From positions 14,942,001 to 15,006,000 of the forward strand of contig CM022674.1 of the NCBI GenBank assembly GCA_012295275.1: a stretch of DNA of 64,000 nt, given 5' to 3'. Shown here piece after piece: positions 24,856-57,527 of the stretch. Positions within the stretch are counted from its first letter, which is position 1. Every line of letters begins with the position of its first letter. A program made the position numbers and the translations under genes. Below the pieces are notes generated by a model. That model was not told the origin of the DNA and did no database searches. It was given only the letters and a program-made list of their open reading frames with translations. The DNA comes from Chrysomallon squamiferum (Eukaryota; Animalia; Mollusca).

Positions 24856-25116
24856 TACGAGCAGGTTAAAGGAACACATGCATAGCACAGAGCCGAGAAA
24901 GGCTATTGATGAATATCCTACATATACATTTCTAGTCATATACCTAAGAAAGGGTTTATACATTATACAATATACGTATACATTATTTTTGTCATACCTG
25001 AATAAATTCTGTTGGAAGGGCAGACATTAATTAAATACGTTCTATAGCAAACTTACTATTAAATATGTGATATATATATATATATGTATATATCTATACA
25101 TACACACACACATATA

Positions 25117-25162
<46 letters not shown>

Positions 25163-25170
25163 TGTGTATG

Positions 25171-25222
<52 letters not shown>

Positions 25223-25323
25223 AAGAGTGTTTATAAGTAGGTGTAAATGTCTCATTACTAACGTTGAGATAAGCACGTAGTTGTAAGAAAACAGAATAAA
25301 ATGAAATATAAAATCAGCATCAT
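23205..25323 (-). pseudogene. Chimeric relic X: 5' half of a class C gene fused by deletion to TM + T1 tail of an A3-like gene
   Basis: Signal exon 25323-25263 is intact ([20 protein letters not shown]). The micro-exon at ~25028-24998 has lost its acceptor. The C domain at 24325-~24111 has TAA at 24305-24303 and is truncated. Below ~24110 the sequence matches the A3 intron (39600-39710). TM 23931-23850 and tail 23505-23205 are open. Confidence 0.8.
23640..23781. mobile_element. Truncated Tigger-type MITE (right half only; paralog of 39089-39375)
   Basis: Ends aatccgaaacactttcagacccaagcatttcgggtaagggcttcttaacctg-TA, at the same intron position as the complete copy in A3. Confidence 0.6.
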
Positions 25324-26345
25324 CTTGGTCTAAAGTTTTCAGAACTCTCTTGAAACTTATTGAAAAAGTATCATCTGAGACAAAGCATAAAAATTCTTGC
25401 GCTTCATTGTTATATATACATTTGAATTATCACTTATTTAGTCCTAAAATGTAATCCTTCAGACAGGAACAAATTTTCGTCCTGTTATGTCATCCTTCTT
25501 ATTATATGATTTAATGTAATCCTCTGACTTAATCGTTTTAATTGCAATATTATTCATCCTTTAAATTTTCCCTTTAAACCAAGGCACAGTTTAATTATTT
25601 TATTTTATTATTTGAATAATGACCAAACGTTTAATCCTGTAACACAATTCTATCACTATTCGAAAACCAAACAGAACATATTTTACAAATACTCATAAGA
25701 TATTTGTAGACGCCATTAAGGCACGAAAAACACTGAATTAAGAAGTTAACTGTTTCGTTTCTATCGAGTACACTAACCTGTGGTGTATTAATAACAGTGG
25801 CTACAGATTTAAAATAGAAACTGGTTAGGCAAGTGTGTCTGTAAAGACTCATGTCGTATTGACACAGAAAACACTGTTAAACCTGACTACCCACAACAGA
25901 TGGTGTCTTATATTAGATGAGTACATGACATAGTGTACAAGTATCTGTATATTTTATAACACTTTAGTTACAGATAAAACAATTTAATGCAGTTAATCTG
26001 TGAATAGACGTTATTTTCTACTTTGCTCATCCACATGTGAAATGTCGCTGAAAAGACTCAACTGAGTGACCTAATCTCTGACTAAACAAAGCTATATCTT
26101 GTGTGTATGTACTACAGGCAGTCGAATATTTGTTTAGAACTTAATATTTCGTATTGTGTGTGTATGTCTGATTTAAGTACTTAATAAGTAAATAGGTGTG
26201 CATTTATGCATGTGTATATGTATGTATATATGTTTCTATGTATGTTGATGTGTATGTTTGTTTGTATGTATGTATATACGTCTGCATGTATATTTCTATG
26301 CCTGCACGCTTGTATAGTACACGCAAACACCCTCATATGTATGTA

Positions 26346-26386
<41 letters not shown>

Positions 26387-26950
26387 CAATACACACACAC
26401 GCACACACTTACATATACATACACACATATACATGCATGCATTTGTTTATATCTGTACGGTTTCATTTTTATGCTATTTTTCTTTAAAATTATTTATCAC
26501 AATTTCATGTACAAAGATACAGATAGATGAACGTAATACATATGAGTAGAGCAGTTTGTCTGTTGAACATGAAAATTAAATAAAAAATAAGTGACTGGTT
26601 AGAAATGGATTGTTTATGCTCGTGCGTGCATGTGTGCGTGCGTAAAAAACAAAATACTTAAGAACATGTATCTTTACTACAATTTTATTTTATTTATTAC
26701 AAATAAAGAAACAGCAGATAGCAAATAAATATTAAAATCATCTTATCAAACTGCGTTGTTTGATTTAAAAAAGTGCACAGAATGTCAAACTTTTGTTTGC
26801 AAACAATGAAAAGTTTGCTGTTAATGCTTGATGATGCAAAGTCAAACACAGTAAAACATGTTTTATTCTGTTTTTCTCATTTATGGTTGTATTTGTTAAA
26901 CAATGTTTGATACTTCAGTTTCTTTATATATTTTTATTTAATTAATAATT

Positions 26951-29991
<3,041 letters not shown>

Positions 29992-32275
29992 GTTGGTCTA
30001 AAGTGTTCAGTACTCTCTTGAAACTTGTTGAAAAAGTATCATCTGAGACAAAGCATAAAAATTCTTGCGCTTCATTGTTATATATACATTTGAATTCTCA
30101 CTTATTCAGTCCTAAAATATAATCCTTTAGAGAGGAACACACTCTAATCCTGTTATGTCATCTTTCGTGTTATACCATTTAATTTAATCCTCTGACTTAA
30201 TCGTTATAATTACAATATTATTCATCGTTTATATTTTTCCTTTAATCCAAAGCAGAGTTTAACTATTTTATTTTATTATTTGAATAATGGCCAACAGTTT
30301 AATCCTGTAGAAACGTAACAAACTTCTATCACTATTCGAAAACCAAACAGAACATATTTTATAAATACTCATAAGATATTTGTAGACGTCTTTAAGACAC
30401 GAAACACACTAAACGAGGAAGTTAACTGTTTCGTTTCTATCGAGTACACAAACCTGTGGTATAATAATAACAGTGGCTACAGATTTAAAATAGAAACTGG
30501 TTAGGCAAGTGTGTTTGTAAAGACTCATGTCGTATTGACACAGAAAACACTGTTAAACCTGACTACCCACAACAGACAGTTTGATATATTACATGAATAC
30601 ATGACTGAGTGTGAACAAGTATCTCTATACATTTTATAACACTTTAGTTACGGATTAAATGATTTAATGCAGTTAATCGGTGCACAGATGTTCTTTTGAT
30701 GTGCATGCATTTGTGCATGCGTACGGAATCATTTTTTGTATGCATCTATGTAAACTGTTCAGTCATCTTTTGAAACTTGTAGACAAAAATATCATTCATA
30801 GTGTTTGAGACAAAGTAGGAGAAATCCTGCATTTCATTGTTTAATGCTGTAATGTAGTCCTTTGAATTTCCTTGTTATTCAGTTCTAAAATGTAATTCTT
30901 TAAACTGGAATAAAGTTTAATGCTAAACTAATCCTGTATTAAATAAATATATGAGTTACTGTGTATATGTCATTACACACTGGTCAGAGATAAAATTTAT
31001 AACGTAGTAAATCTGTGTATTGCTCTCTATTTCTGTTTGATCATACAAATCTCAAACGCCGATGACAAGATTCGAACACGTGAAATCTGATCTCACGCAC
31101 CCGTATGATTAATCTGGGTGGTCAAATATTTATTTGAGAATTATTAATAGTATTATTATTATTATTATTATTAATATTATTATTGTTGTTGTTGTTGTTG
31201 TTGTTAGGATTTTTATTATTATTATTATTATTATTATATGTACGGTATGTGTATTTCTGATTGAAGATATAAAAAGTAAATAAATAATTAGATAATGAAT
31301 GCACATACGTACATACATAGATATGTATGTATGTATAGAAACATACACAGAACAGTAAATGGATACATACATACATAATACATAAACACATATTTACATA
31401 TACGTACACATACTTACATACATGCATGTGTATATAGATGTACATACATCCATAAATACATACATAATACATATACGTATATATCTATACATACATATAT
31501 ACAAAAATTTGTATACACACATACATACATGCTCCTGTATACGCACATACATGTATATATATGGAACCATACGCACACACAGATACCGACACGCACACAA
31601 AGGCAGACACTCATATTTACTTAGTTACTTGCCTTCGTGAATCAGACATACAGAAACTTTAAATGTTGTTAAGCAAACATAATAAACACACGCAAGATAT
31701 GTGTCCCTTTAGTCATCTCCATTATGTGGGCGATTAGGTCACGCCTTCGAGTCTTTTCAGCGACATTAACAGTTGTATGATCACAACAGAAACAAACTTG
31801 AATAAACAGAAACAAAGCCAAAAAAAAAGAAAAAAACTGAAAAAAATAACAAAAGAGGGTTGCTGCATTCAACATTTTATTTCTAAAAGAGGCATAATAC
31901 AATTTAGAATTTTAAACACATTTGTACACACTGACTGAACACATATGTTCTTTGGATAGTATAATGCACAGGGATTCGATCCCTCTTCCTGCAATATCCA
32001 ATGTGCATAAGTGAAAGGCAGAATTAATGAGTTTGTAAAAGCGGGGTGTTCGATCTTTATTATTATTATTAATATTATTAGTAGTAGTAATAGTAGTAGT
32101 ATTTTAAGCGAAAGATTGTTTCTCTATTTCCAGTACACGCAAAAGCACTTTATATGTATACTTGTCTTAAAGCATGACAGCCATTATTTTGTTGTTTTTA
32201 TTGTTGTTGTTGTTGTTGTTTTTCTTGTCTTATAAACTTCAGTTTAAAGATGTCCCAGAACATCAACTTTTTTGT

Positions 32276-35822
<3,547 letters not shown>

Positions 35823-36150
35823 TTTAATTCCGCCGTCTTTCTGTTTAAAATAACAAAAAATATCCTTACACATTTCTACCAGCAACCACAACGTCAGTGA
35901 TGTCGTACACAAAACAACATCGTATTTTTCCTTATTAGACTAAGGAAAAGAACTAACAATTATCGCAATAGAAAATAAACTAAATTACGCTTCATGTTTT
36001 GTTAAGACGGATTTAAGCTACCGGGTTACGCATGAATACACATAAATAGTAAAAGAGCAACATGTCTCAGGTAGAATAACCCGAGTATTCACAATGTAAA
36101 AATAGAACCCGTATAGACAGGTTCTTTAATACTATTATTAGTAGTAGTAC

Positions 36151-36213
<63 letters not shown>

Positions 36214-36329
36214 AATTATTTTTTAATTTATTTATTTATTATTTTTTTTGTAATGCTAAATCAGATTTCACACACTGTAAAAAGTACTTTCATTTTTGTA
36301 GTAATAATAGTAATAATAGGAGAAGTTGC

Positions 36330-36364
<35 letters not shown>

Positions 36365-38479
36365 CAGCAGCTGTAGTAGTAGTAGTAGTACTAGTAGTAG
36401 TAACATTAGTAGTAGCACTATTGATCCTTGATTTGGTTAGCTGACCAAGAAATAGTCATTGATATGTGTTTCAACTAATCATTTTTCACAGTATCTATTT
36501 GAAAACGTAAAACATATCTTGATATTTGATAACTAAGCTGGCATATTACTAACAACATGTAAGTCTTTATATAGCTAATATAATATCCGAGTAACCAAAA
36601 AGCTTATCTTGTGATTATTACTGCTCTCTGATAGCCGGTCATCATTATATTAACTCTTTTATTTCTCAACAAAAACGATTAAACAGGGACTTAGTCTAAC
36701 AGATGTGACTCTTTTGTAAATCGTTGACTGATGATGTTGTGCACGTTGCTGTCAAGATTTCTGGGAAATGACGTTTTGTGCGTCACGCTGATCGGGTTGC
36801 TGTGATGTTTGATGATGAATACGTGGATATTTTCTTTAAGGAAAGTTTGAGGCTGTGTGATGAAAGGTCTGGTTTTGTTCAAAATGAGGATTATTCTGGA
36901 GGACATTTTTACAGAAGCTGCAGAAATCGATGCCAGTTGTGATTTCAGCATGACTCTTAGATCAACTAAACTTCAAACATAAATTTGCTAAATGGAACTC
37001 GAAGCACAGTGAACATCCTTTAACTCAACAACAGAATTAAATAGTGCAAGCTTTCAACAGTTTCCTTAAAACCATACAAATAAGAGCTGGCCAGTTTTGG
37101 ATCTGTTTCTCAAGTTTTGCTCCATTTTATCATGCTCGACAGCGTTATGCTGCATTTCTGTCATGTATTGTCAATGATACAATTAGCTCTAATAGATAAA
37201 TGACAACTGACAACAGATTATAGTTTTGTATGTATCTTTAAAAACAGCATGTTTCTGCTTAACAAGAACTGGTTTATCAACTAATTCATCACGTGGTATC
37301 AACTAAGGCTCCTAATGAAGTTTGTTGTTACACCTGACCAACTTCTGTTTCTAGTGCACAGTGCCTACAAGTGTAACTGCACCAAATCTGCCAACCTTAT
37401 TCAATATGCCTAAATCCCTCAGCCTCCATTTACACTGTTCGTGACCTGCTATTCGTCCTGGATTGTGATCAACAACGAATCAACTAACCTGCGTCTCCCC
37501 GATTCTTAAACCAGTTTTCTTTCAAGGCAGTTTGTCAGCATTCTACTGTTAACAGAGGTGTATGTGTCTATATTACGTTTATATTTTAACTCTGGGATGT
37601 TCCAGATCGAATGGAAATTGCTGATGAATGGCTCAGAATAGCGCTTGTTCAAAGGTAAAGTTTGACAAATGGTTTGTTGACATGAAAAATGTCATTAGTA
37701 CAATTGTTAATTTCCTCAAGTTGAGATCAACTGCTCTTCACTGAAACAAGATGTCTCTTCTTTTTATCAATGTGGAGAGTGACTTTTAGAAATGTCTTAG
37801 TCTATCACTCTTAAATGTGACATTTTGTTGTTCAATGGTCAAAATTTAGGATATAAACATATCTGTTTGTCTATTTGTATGTGTGCGTGTATGTGTGTAT
37901 ATGTGCATATATGTATATGTAAGCATTTATATGTATGTATGCAGAAACAGATAGAGAATGATTACTTTAAAAATAACAAAGAAAGAAAGAACAAATTAAA
38001 GAAAGATAAAACAAACAATATTTGATATCTAATAATAAATGAGCACATCTTTCACTTACAATATTTATTTTAACTATCACGTCACAGAAATGTTTTATGT
38101 TATACGATAATGTTGACATTAGCGACTGACCTCGTACATGGACTTACGTTCACCTCAGTAATAATCATAATTAAGTCACAAACACTAGGCGTTAGTTATT
38201 GGTTTCTGTATCGGAACATGAGAAAGATATTATTCATGGTCAAACGAAACATAAAACGGCGTTTCTTTCAGAGATATAATTATAAACTAAAACAGAATCT
38301 TTCTTTGTCAACATCATAGTTATTCTTTCCTCTAGAAATAACACGAACATCTTCGTATGAAAAGAACGGTATAAACAGTAGAGGAATTAACATTAACATG
38401 TGAAACCACCTTTACTCGATGTTTAATTATAATGTGTGTTTATCACTGACGTCAAAGTGGTTATACAGGTCAAAGACGT

Positions 38480-42585
<4,106 letters not shown>

Positions 42586-44260
42586 GTCTACCTTTTCAAA
42601 GTTGACGCACTGTTCACTGTCTGATATTTAGATATGTTATAAAGTCACAATTTCTTCCTGGTGTTTCAACATTCTGTATTACTCAATTTCTTGAAACACA
42701 AAAGACTAATCTTTTTAATCTTGGTGTACATACAATCTAGATACATTTACAGCTGATAGACGTTTTGTCCATTTTTTTAAGACGTATGTATACATGTATA
42801 TACCTGTATATATATATATATATATATCTTTAATTGTTTTCTATGCACTTTTGAAGTCCGTCCATAAAAGGAGCTGTGTTGAAGAAGAAAACTAACAACA
42901 ACAAATTCCTAGGAAAATCCGGTTTAACTCTGTCTTTAGGATGAAAAATAATCAGTGTTTTTTTTTCTCTGATAATCGTTTTCTCATTTTCGCCTTTTCT
43001 GTGTTGTTACGGTCCAGTTACAGGAGAGTGTTGAGAGAAATGGTGGGTCAGATAATATATTTCAAACTGTACGCGTATAAAATTATATACATACTGAAAG
43101 AGTGTGCATGAATATTAAATGAATATTCACAACACACACACACGCACACACAAACACATATGTAAACAGAGAGAGACATACATACATACAGATATTATTA
43201 CGTACGTACAGACATATAAATACGCATAAAATATCGCAAGAGAAAAGGAGGAAGAAGAAAAAGATCATACAGTGTTGAAGGTAATAGTTCGTCCCACTTT
43301 CTATGACTGACATATTAATATATTATTACACACAATCAGCTTTACACTGGCCACACAAATATACGAAGCCACAACACAAAGAAATCACCAGCCAAACATT
43401 GTAAATGTTGTAGTTGAGAATATTCAGAAAGAACTTCCTAGTTGAAGTAAACTGCTTGCTCATAAAGCGTAAATAAAAACTGAGGTGTGAGATCTTTGAA
43501 AAGATGAGATTTGCAGGCTTAAGAAAATAATAATATAGTACAAGAAGTAGTAGTAGTAATAGTAGTAGAAGTAGTAGTTCTGCTGGTACAAGTGCTTGTA
43601 TTAATACTATTACTAAAACTACTACTATATACTAATGGTAATGGCGATGATGAATATGATGATGATGACGACGATAATGATGATAATGATAGAAAAGAAA
43701 AGTGAATATATTTGGTGTTCCATGTTTGTGTCTTTCTGTTTGTATAAACCTACATTTCAGCGTGTTATTGTTAACAATACTCTGTAAGCATGTATATTTG
43801 TGTAGTGTTAATATTTTTCTATTAGGTTTTCTCGGTCAAATTTAAGTTCATTTTGACATGCTCAGATGTCAACTTGCCCAGAACGAAAACGGATCTGCAA
43901 TAAAAAAGTGAATAAGATACCTTTTTATTTGAAACTTTGGGCAAAACACAAAATAACTGAAATTATCAGTATCTGTGTTGGCAGAGGGCAAATAAAAAAA
44001 AGAATAAAAAAGAAAAACGCAAGAGAGATAGATCTTAGGATAGGACGATGTTCTTTGTAATACATATGTAACTGATATCTGTCTGAACATTTCGACTTTA
44101 TCCTGTAAATCTATGAGAGACGGATCCACTGAGGTTGTGTTATATTGGACCGTTCAAAATAAACAGGATAAATCTCATATCTAAAGACACTACTAACCAG
44201 TACTTTTTTCTTTTGTTTCATTTGTTTTTATTCGAAATAATAATAATAATAATAATAATA

Positions 44261-44302
<42 letters not shown>

Positions 44303-44767
44303 GTAATAATAATAATAATAATAATAAATACATAAATACATAAATAACTAAAATAAGTCACTTCTCAACTCACCGCTCTCGTCCGTAGCAGATTGACTCT
44401 TATTGATTCTGTAGTCGCCATACATCTGTGAGTTAACACACAGAGATTAATATTCTTCCAAAGCCGATTAATTTTTTCGTACCTACACTACCTCATTTTA
44501 TTATTGGTTGTAAAACAAGAGATAAGAAGTACCTTGGTTATTCTTTTTCTTTCTATTTCGTTGCGCTGTTAAGACAGTGACGTCACTCTAGCGACGTCAT
44601 AACAATTGTTTTATATTTGAAGTGTCAACCAACGATAGGTAGCTCTAGGAGTAATTTAGAATAAATCACTTCTTCATATATATGTATATATACATAAGGA
44701 AAACCCTCTATCAGTACAAATACTATTCAGTAAGTATCTTTTGTACAATAATAATAATAACAATCAT

Positions 44768-44800
<33 letters not shown>

Positions 44801-45347
44801 CATTGATGTTTTTGTTGTTTATGTATCTATATGTGTAAGTATATATGTGAGTGTAGTTATATTTACAGAAATAATACTTTTAAAGTAAAACGGAAAGAAA
44901 TAACAACATAAACAAAGATAAAATAAACATAATTTAATATCTAAAACGGTGATGTCACAGAAATGTTGTATGTTATACGTTACTGGTGACATTAGCGACT
45001 GATCTCGTACGCAGAATTACGTTCACCTTGGTAATAATCATAATTACGTCATAATCACTGGATGTAAGTTAGCGGTTTCTGTCTCAGAACATGAGAAACA
45101 TATTAATCATAGTCAAACGAAACATAAAACTGAGATATAAATACCAGTTAAAACAGAACCTATCTTTTTCAGCATCATAATTATTCTTTACACTAGAACT
45201 AACAGGAAAATCTTCGAAGGAAATGTACAGTATAAACAAAGTAGAGGAAATATCATTAACATCTAATAATAACATAGTGAAAACATCTTTAATCGATGTT
45301 TAATTATAATGTGTGTTTATAACTGACATCAAAGGCTTCTACGTAGT

Positions 45348-49009
<3,662 letters not shown>

Positions 49010-49337
49010 TTTAATTCCTCCGTCTTTCTGTTTAAAATAACAAAAATATATCCTTACATATTTCCACCAGCAACCACAACGTCATCGATGTCGTACACTA
49101 AACATTACTGTAGTTTTCCTTATTAGACTAAGTAATGAAAATAACTAACACATCATTACAATAAAATAAAAAATCTAGTTTAATTTTTGTTAAGTCAGTT
49201 TTAACTACCGGGTTACGAATGAATACACGTAAATGGTAAAAGAGCAATACATCTCGGGTAGAATAACCCGGGTATTCACAAACTAAAAATATATCTTGTG
49301 TAGACATGTTCTTTATTACTATTATTATTAGTAGTAA

Positions 49338-49395
<58 letters not shown>

Positions 49396-49533
49396 TTGTA
49401 TTATTTTATTTTATTTTATTTTTGTAATTCTATATTAGATTTCACATAGTGTAAAAAATACTTTCATTTCTGTAGTTGTTGTTGTGGTAAGTTTAACAAG
49501 GAAGACTTTCTGTTATTGGTTTAATAGAGCGTA

Positions 49534-49628
<95 letters not shown>

Positions 49629-50659
49629 CAGCAGCAGCTGCAGCAGTAATCACCCTTGGTTTAGTTAGCTGACCAAGAAATGTTCACTGATACGTGTTTC
49701 AACTAATCTCTGTTCACAGTTTCTATTTTAAAAAGTAAAGCATAGTTCACACCTTGGTATTTGATAACAAAGCTGGCTTATTACTAACAACATGTAAGTC
49801 TTTAAATAGGTAATATAATATCCGAATAACCAAAAAACTTATCTTGTGATTACTACGGCATCATTATATTAACTTTATTTTCTCAACAAAAACGATTTAG
49901 CTTGGACTTCAATATATATATATACTCATAAAATATTTGTAGACGACATTAAGGCACGAAAAAGACTGAACGAGGTCGTTAACTGTTTCGTTTCTATCGA
50001 GTACACAAACCTGTGGTGTATTAATAACAGTGGCTATTAATTTAAAATAGAAACTGGTTAGGCAAGTGTGTTTGTAAAGACTCATGTCGTATTGACACAG
50101 AAAACACTGTTAAACCTGACAACCCACAACAGATGGTATGATATATTACATGAGTACATGACTGAGTGTGTACAAGTATCTGTACACATGTACATTTTAT
50201 AACACTTTAGTTACGGATAAAACAATTTAATGCAGTTAATCGGTGTACAGATGTTCTTTTGATGTGCATGCATTTGTGTATGCATAAGGAATAATTTGTT
50301 TATGCATCTATGTAAACTGTTCAGTCATCTTTTGAAACGTGTAGAAAAAGTATCATTCATATCGTTTGAGACAAAGCAGGAGAAATCTTGCATTTCATTC
50401 TTTTATGGTGTAGTGTAGTCCTTTGAATTCCTCCGTTAAGTTCAATAAAACAAAAATAATTTAAACAATGTGCATATATGTGTATTTGTATATGTGTGTG
50501 TATGTATGTATGTATGAATGTGTGTGTATATATATATGTATGTATGTATTGATCTATATATATGTAACTTATTTTTTATAACTAAATGAGTTCATGCTTT
50601 TATTTAATCAGTATAGAGAATCTACATTTCTAATAGAATAAAATTAAATGAGTTAGTAC

Positions 50660-53129
<2,470 letters not shown>

Positions 53130-53532
53130 GTTAATTCCGCCGTCCTCCTTAGTAAAACTACAACAAATACTTTTACATAATTCCATGAAAAGCATAGCCT
53201 CAAATGACTTAATGGAATAAGTAAGGAAAAATAACATGAATACTTCAGAACTAAGAAATTATCACAGTAAAAAATAAAATACAGTCAGCTTCATTTTTGT
53301 TAAGTCAGTTTTAAACTACAGGGCTACGCATGAATACACGTAAATGGTAAAAGAGTAATTCGTCTCGGATAGAATGATCCGGGTATTCATAGTGTTATAA
53401 TAGAACCAGCAGTCAGATATTTTTATATATTTATTTCTGGAGGGGTTAACTTGTGGGAGATTTTACACTCAAAGAAAATTGTTCTTGTTGTTGTGTTGAG
53501 ATTAACAAGGAAGGACAATCTTCTTTGTAAAA

Positions 53533-54101
<569 letters not shown>

Positions 54102-54469
54102 AATGAAATAAAATAAATTCAGCGCACATTCTTGACGCTAGTAGATTCACGCTGTGATTTAACAGATGAAAATTAACACATTTCAAAACCGGTTATACCT
54201 GATACCTAATCTACCTCATCTTTTATATTGTTATTACTTTTTTACTTTTTTTTCTTTTTTTTTTCCATTGGTTGTAAAATCCTGGATGAGAAATATGTTG
54301 ATTATTACCTTCGCTACTGGTCGGTTACCACGTTATCACTGTGACGTAATTTAGTCGACGTCATGCAACCGTTTTAGCTTTGACGTGTGAGACATTTTAG
54401 AAAATCGATACATCCCTGTTACGGGTTTATATTATGTCGGGTATATTGTTTCAGCTGCAATAGATCATA

Positions 54470-54536
<67 letters not shown>

Positions 54537-54538
54537 CA

Positions 54539-54933
54539 CTGTGGTACCTTGAATTACGAGTTTAATTCGTTCCGTAACCGAGCTCGTATCTGAATTTGTT
54601 CGTATATTAAATCAGTTTTCCCAACAGAAATTAACTAAAATATCATTAATCCGTTCCAGCCCCCCAAAATTCATCCTTTTGGGTTTTTTTTTTTTTTTTG
54701 TAACATATTTTTACATAAGAAAAATGTGTTTATAGATGGTAAATATTGTATTAAAAACAAAATAAAAGAGAATATAAAGAAATAAATTGGTATTGTAAAG
54801 TGTATTTATCTTGGAGATCAGAAAACTTATTTTAACGCCTTTGGCTGGAGTTACAGCCTTTATCGGCTCCTTCTGCTTCAGTATGGTAGATATCGTAGAA
54901 GTACTACCCTCATACTGCCTAGTCAAGTCGACT
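54539..54933 (-). mobile_element. Truncated copy of the Tigger/pogo relic
   Basis: Same terminus and TRQYEGSTSTISTILKQKEPIKAVTPAKGVKI fragment; cut at a duplication junction. Confidence 0.7.
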
Positions 54934-54935
54934 AC

Positions 54936-55462
<527 letters not shown>

Positions 55463-55903
55463 GTTAATTCCGCCGTCCTCCTTAGTAAAACTACATAATT
55501 CCATGAAAAGCATAGCCTCAAATGACTTAATGGAATAAGTAAGGAAAAATAACATGAATACTTCAGAACTAAGAAATTATCACAGTAAAAAATAAAATAC
55601 AGTCAGCTTCATTTTTGTTAAGTCAGTTTTAAACTACAGGGTTACGCATGAATACACGTAAATGGTAAAAGAGTAATTCGTCTCGGGTAGAATGACCCGG
55701 GTATTCATAATGTTATAACAGAGCCAGCAGTCAGATATTTTTATATATTTATTTCTGGAGGGGTTAACTTGTGGGAGATTTTACACTCAAAGAAAATTGT
55801 TCTTGTTGTTGTGTTGAGATTAACAAGGAAGGACAATGTTCTTTGTAAAATGTGTGTATGTGAGTGTGGGTGGGGGTGTATGTGTGTGTGTGTATGTGTG
55901 TGT

Positions 55904-55941
<38 letters not shown>

Positions 55942-56367
55942 AATAAATAAAAAATCCAGCGCACATTCTTGAGGCTAGTAGATTCACGCTGTGATTTAAC
56001 AGATGAAAATTAACACATTTCAAAACCGGTTATACCTGATACCTAATCTACCTCATCTTTTATATCGTTATTACTTTTTTATTTTTATTTTTATTTTTTC
56101 TGCTGGTTGTAAAATCCTGGATGAGAAATATGTCGATTATTACCTTCGCTACTGGTGCGTTACGACGTTCTAACTGTGACGTAATTTAGTCGACGTCATG
56201 CAACTGTTTTAACGTTGACGTGTGAGACATTTTAGAAAATCGATACATCCCTATTACGGGTTTATATTATGTCGGGTATATTGTTTCAGCTGCAATAGAT
56301 CATACCGTGTGTGTGTGTATGTATGTGTGTGTGTGTGTATGAGTCTGTGTGTGTATACATATATATA

Positions 56368-56985
56368 CTGTGGTACCTTGAATTACGAGTTTAATTCGTT
56401 CCGTAACCGAGCTCGTATCTGAATGTGTTCGTATATTAAATCAGTTTTCCCAACTGAAATTAACTAAAAACATAACAAAAATGTATTTATAAATGGCAAA
56501 TATTGTATTAAAAACAAAATAAAAGGGAATATAAAGAAATAAATTGGTATTGTAAAGTGTATTTATCTTGGAGATCAGAACAATTATTTTAACGTCTTTG
56601 GCTGGAGTTACAGCCTTTATCGACTCCTTCAGCTTCAGTATGCTACATATCGTAGAAGTACTACGCTCTCACTGCCTAGTCAAGTCGACTACTTGCACAC
56701 CTCACTCATGTTTTTCTGTCCATTCAAGCTTTAATTGAATGGACAGAATCCGCGTCTTCTTCTCAGCACTGAGCTTTGCACTCACTTTCTTAGGATCCAT
56801 GGTCAGAAAAAAGAAATTTGTCAAAATATTGCACAAATCGCGAACACAACACACTGAGGTGATTCCGCGGCGAGGTCACGTCGTGAAGTAAACGAGTGAG
56901 ACGCGGGTTGCTTGGCGGATGTTGTGTTGTTCGTTGTGCCAACTAGCGGCAGCGTATCTGAAGCTCGCTCGTAACTCGGATTTTT
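56368..56985 (-). mobile_element. Tigger/pogo relic, paralog of 9341-10025
   Basis: Near-identical sequence and flanks to 9341-10025, so it was inherited by segmental duplication rather than new transposition. Confidence 0.75.
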
Positions 56986-57527
56986 TAGTAGAGTTTTTCT
57001 TTTTCTAGTAAAAAATCAAATTCATTTCAATTTATACATTAAATAAAAAAGTAAATAATCGAAATAAAAATAAAAGGAGTGAAGATACTGATTTCAGATG
57101 CGGAGTAAATGGATGTGAACAGTGGAAATTATTTTAAACAATTACTTAACAGCTGGGTGACCCTTCTCCATTCTTCATCTTAGAAGCAGAAACAACAAAC
57201 TATTTAATTAATTTATTATTTAAATATCTGAATTTTTTATAATGCTTTCAAAAAGTCTTATTAATCTCACTTTGTTGATTTTACAGTTTATCCATGACAC
57301 CAGGTTTAGACATTATGTATCTGCAAATAAATAAATAAATAAATGAATAAACAAATATATAAATAAAAACTATTTAAAACATTAATGGAAATGAAGTAAC
57401 CGATCTTTTCACTACTAAGCTACCTAACACCTTGAACTTCTCAAAATATATCTTTACGAGAGAACAAACGTGTGACACACATAGGTAAACTGTAGAAAAT
57501 GTCAGTCTAACTCAGAGACAAGCTCTG

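Noticed and set aside
31050-31122. tRNA-like B-box (gttcgaatc on the minus strand)
   Set aside because: I could not fold a cloverleaf; at most a decayed tRNA-derived SINE head.
36730-37010. Segment absent from the paralogous spacer at ~21840, with faint resemblance to a LINE reverse-transcriptase motif (VRHADR)
   Set aside because: Too degenerate to assign without a profile search against Dfam/Repbase.
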